Assembly: GCF_021028975.2 (NCBI RefSeq)
Contig: NC_059431.1
Location: 67,952,001 to 68,016,000 of the forward strand
Reading direction: 5' to 3'
Length of the DNA: 64,000 nucleotides
DNA from: Sphaerodactylus townsendi
Taxonomy: Eukaryota
Notes under the pieces: model-generated
Told to the model about the DNA's origin: nothing
The model's input: only the letters and a program-made list of their open reading frames with translations
Databases searched by the model: none
Translations under genes and position numbers: made by a program
In this document: positions 62,901-64,000 of the stretch, piece by piece
Position numbering within the stretch: the stretch's first letter is position 1
How the letters are laid out: the number at the start of each line of letters is the position of its first letter

Positions 62901-63233
62901 CAGTCTTAATTCTTATCCCCTATTAAACAATTAATCTTACTTTTTCTATAACTGTTTCAATTAACTGTCAAAGACTAAAGTAACTTTTAAGCAGAGTTCA
63001 CTGACAGTTGAAGAGTATTTAAACACTCAATTAAAATCAGCAAGAAAAAACTGGAACTAATAAAATATCACTACAAAGGCATTAATAGTATTTAATTTCT
63101 TTTAGGTAATGAAATCCACTTTGTGTACCTTGACAGGAATAGGTTGGATCATGTTCCCATTAATGCAGTTCTACAGCTTGCAGGAGTTCAAACAGTAGAC
63201 TTTACAAACAGATTTCATATTATTGATGTATGA
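50710..63233 (+). CDS. PRXL2C: Peroxiredoxin-like 2C (AAED1/C9orf21 ortholog), complete 6-exon CDS: join(50710-50901,52485-52553,53554-53607,57758-57863,59236-59367,63106-63233), 226 aa
   Basis: Exon lengths 192+69+54+106+132+128 = 681 nt, open from ATG to TGA. All introns are GT..AG with consistent phases (0,0,0,1,1). Translation includes [89 protein letters not shown]...DRNRLDH.PIN.VLQL.GVQ, recognised as vertebrate PRXL2C. Confidence 0.97.
52485..52553 (+). CDS. PRXL2C: PRXL2C coding exon 2 ([23 protein letters not shown]), CxxC motif
   Basis: TTTTTTCAG| acceptor, |GTAAGT donor, 69 nt. Confidence 0.97.
53554..53607 (+). CDS. PRXL2C: PRXL2C coding exon 3 ([18 protein letters not shown])
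   Basis: TTTAG| acceptor, AAG|GTAAGT donor, 54 nt. Confidence 0.95.
53757..54338 (+). mobile_element. CR1 LINE 3' fragment in PRXL2C intron 3
   Basis: [66 protein letters not shown]; (TTCTTATG)n tail. Confidence 0.96.
54800..55310 (+). mobile_element. Old L2 3' fragment in PRXL2C intron 3
   Basis: [23 protein letters not shown]; T-rich tail ending AATAAATAC. Confidence 0.7.
55334..57153. mobile_element. Non-autonomous hAT-like element (1820 bp) with internal inverted repeats, in PRXL2C intron 3
   Basis: Left end CAGGGGCGTACCTAGGCAAAC, right end GCAGGAATGCCACTG; perfect 8-bp TSD GATAGCAG (55326-55333, 57154-57161); arms ~56111-56378 and ~56637-56890. Confidence 0.88.
57758..57863 (+). CDS. 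PRXL2C: PRXL2C coding exon 4 ([35 protein letters not shown])
   Basis: TTTCTTGCAG| acceptor, CAG|GTAGGA donor, 106 nt. Confidence 0.96.
59236..59367 (+). CDS. PRXL2C: PRXL2C coding exon 5 ([43 protein letters not shown])
   Basis: TTTCAG| acceptor, CAG|GTAAGA donor, 132 nt. Confidence 0.97.
59450..60038. mobile_element. PIF/Harbinger-like non-autonomous element (degenerate)
   Basis: GGCCTTTTCCACAC / GATGCAGAAAAGGCC termini; flanks AAT/CAT. Confidence 0.45.
60089..60267. mobile_element. hAT-like MITE with TAGGGTTGCCA terminus
   Basis: TAGGGTTGCCAATAGGCC ... GGCTATTGGCAAC. Confidence 0.65.
60505..60815 (-). mobile_element. CR1 LINE fragment (different subfamily), antisense in PRXL2C intron 5
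   Basis: [42 protein letters not shown]. Confidence 0.92.
61290..62000 (+). mobile_element. Old L2 3' fragment in PRXL2C intron 5
   Basis: [39 protein letters not shown]; ends AATAAATAAA. Confidence 0.8.
62285..62788 (+). mobile_element. CR1 LINE 3' fragment in PRXL2C intron 5
   Basis: [31 protein letters not shown]; same 3' UTR as the copies at 1875-2754 and 53757-54338. Confidence 0.95.
63106..63233 (+). CDS. PRXL2C: PRXL2C coding exon 6 ([41 protein letters not shown])
   Basis: TTTCTTTTAG| acceptor; TGA at 63231-63233. Confidence 0.96.
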
Positions 63234-63557
63234 CTTGTCGGAACAAGAATTTCCTGGATCGTCAGCTAAATTGGATGTACAACAAAAATGTATTTGACCA
63301 ATACTGTTATTTCTCAAACTGGAAAATCATTGGCTATGGAGTGAGGTGGTTTCTAATAGCTGAAGAAAGACTTCACATTTGTGCATTCAAGGAACCAGTG
63401 TTGAATAGCAAATTGTATGTTCAAGTCTGCTGGACCCAAAAGGTTTTATATGTTACTTTAACTGTTTCCAAAGACTTCTTATTTAAAACAAAATCACAAA
63501 AGCAATATAATAATCAGTAAATGTTATGGCTGTTTCTAGTATTCTCTCTCTCTATAT

Positions 63558-63672
63558 CATGTTTTAGCAGTGTCATGCTATGCTGTAATAAATAAACAGA
63601 ATGCTGGGAATGCATGTTTAGAAGTGTCATGCTATGATGTAATAAATAAACAGAATGCAGGGAATCCATGTT
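63558..63672 (+). terminator. Putative PRXL2C polyadenylation signal region, tandemly duplicated (~54-55 bp unit)
   Basis: AATAAATAAA at 63587-63596 and again at 63641-63650, inside two near-identical units ~350-410 nt after the stop codon. Confidence 0.6.
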
Positions 63673-64000
63673 GTGGGACTCTTTACAAAGCAATATTTGT
63701 AAATATATTTTCTTTAACTTTAGCAGTTTTCCTTGCTCCTTCTGCTAGGGAATTCCTGACTTTCTGGCAAGAATGCACACTCAATTCCAAATGGATATTA
63801 AGGTATCAGAGAGATAGTTATGAAAGTTTCAGAAAGGTAAATGTTGTGACCTCGCCTAAGTTTTGTAGAGCTGAGTCACAGGTCCCATCAGATGCAGAAA
63901 GTATGTCCTCAGTTGTATGTGTCTGTCCTCAATATTTATAACTCGAAACATGGCCAAATCTGTAGATATTTCAAACCAGAATTTGCAGCCATTAATACAC

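Noticed and set aside
63234-63700. SECIS element in the PRXL2C 3' UTR
   Set aside because: The CDS has no in-frame UGA, and no convincing SECIS fold was seen by eye.

Overview
Repeat-rich eukaryotic (vertebrate) genomic DNA. The repeat content (CR1, L2, L1, RTE, Penelope-like, Sauria/Squam-type and 5S-derived SINEs, hAT-like MITEs) points to a squamate reptile, probably a gecko (inference). Two spliced protein-coding genes were reconstructed by hand, both on the + strand. (1) A small FAM240-family gene, best matching FAM240C, with coding exons 9968-10113 and 14790-14919 (91 aa). (2) A complete 6-exon PRXL2C/AAED1 peroxiredoxin-like gene, CDS 50710-63233, 226 aa, with a CYAC redox motif and all introns GT-AG. 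Nearly all other ORFs in the track are repeat-derived or spurious. Two assembly gaps are present (32582-32726, 42263-42397). I found no evidence for a new multi-gene system. The most unusual structures are: two non-coding hAT-like elements that share a terminus and have 8-bp TSDs but carry unrelated internal sequences with large fold-back palindromes; hammerhead-ribozyme-like motifs in Penelope-derived remnants; a nested TE complex in an internally deleted RTE-X-like LINE; and a tandem duplication of the putative PRXL2C poly(A) signal. Family assignments come from motif recognition and recalled sequences, not database searches.
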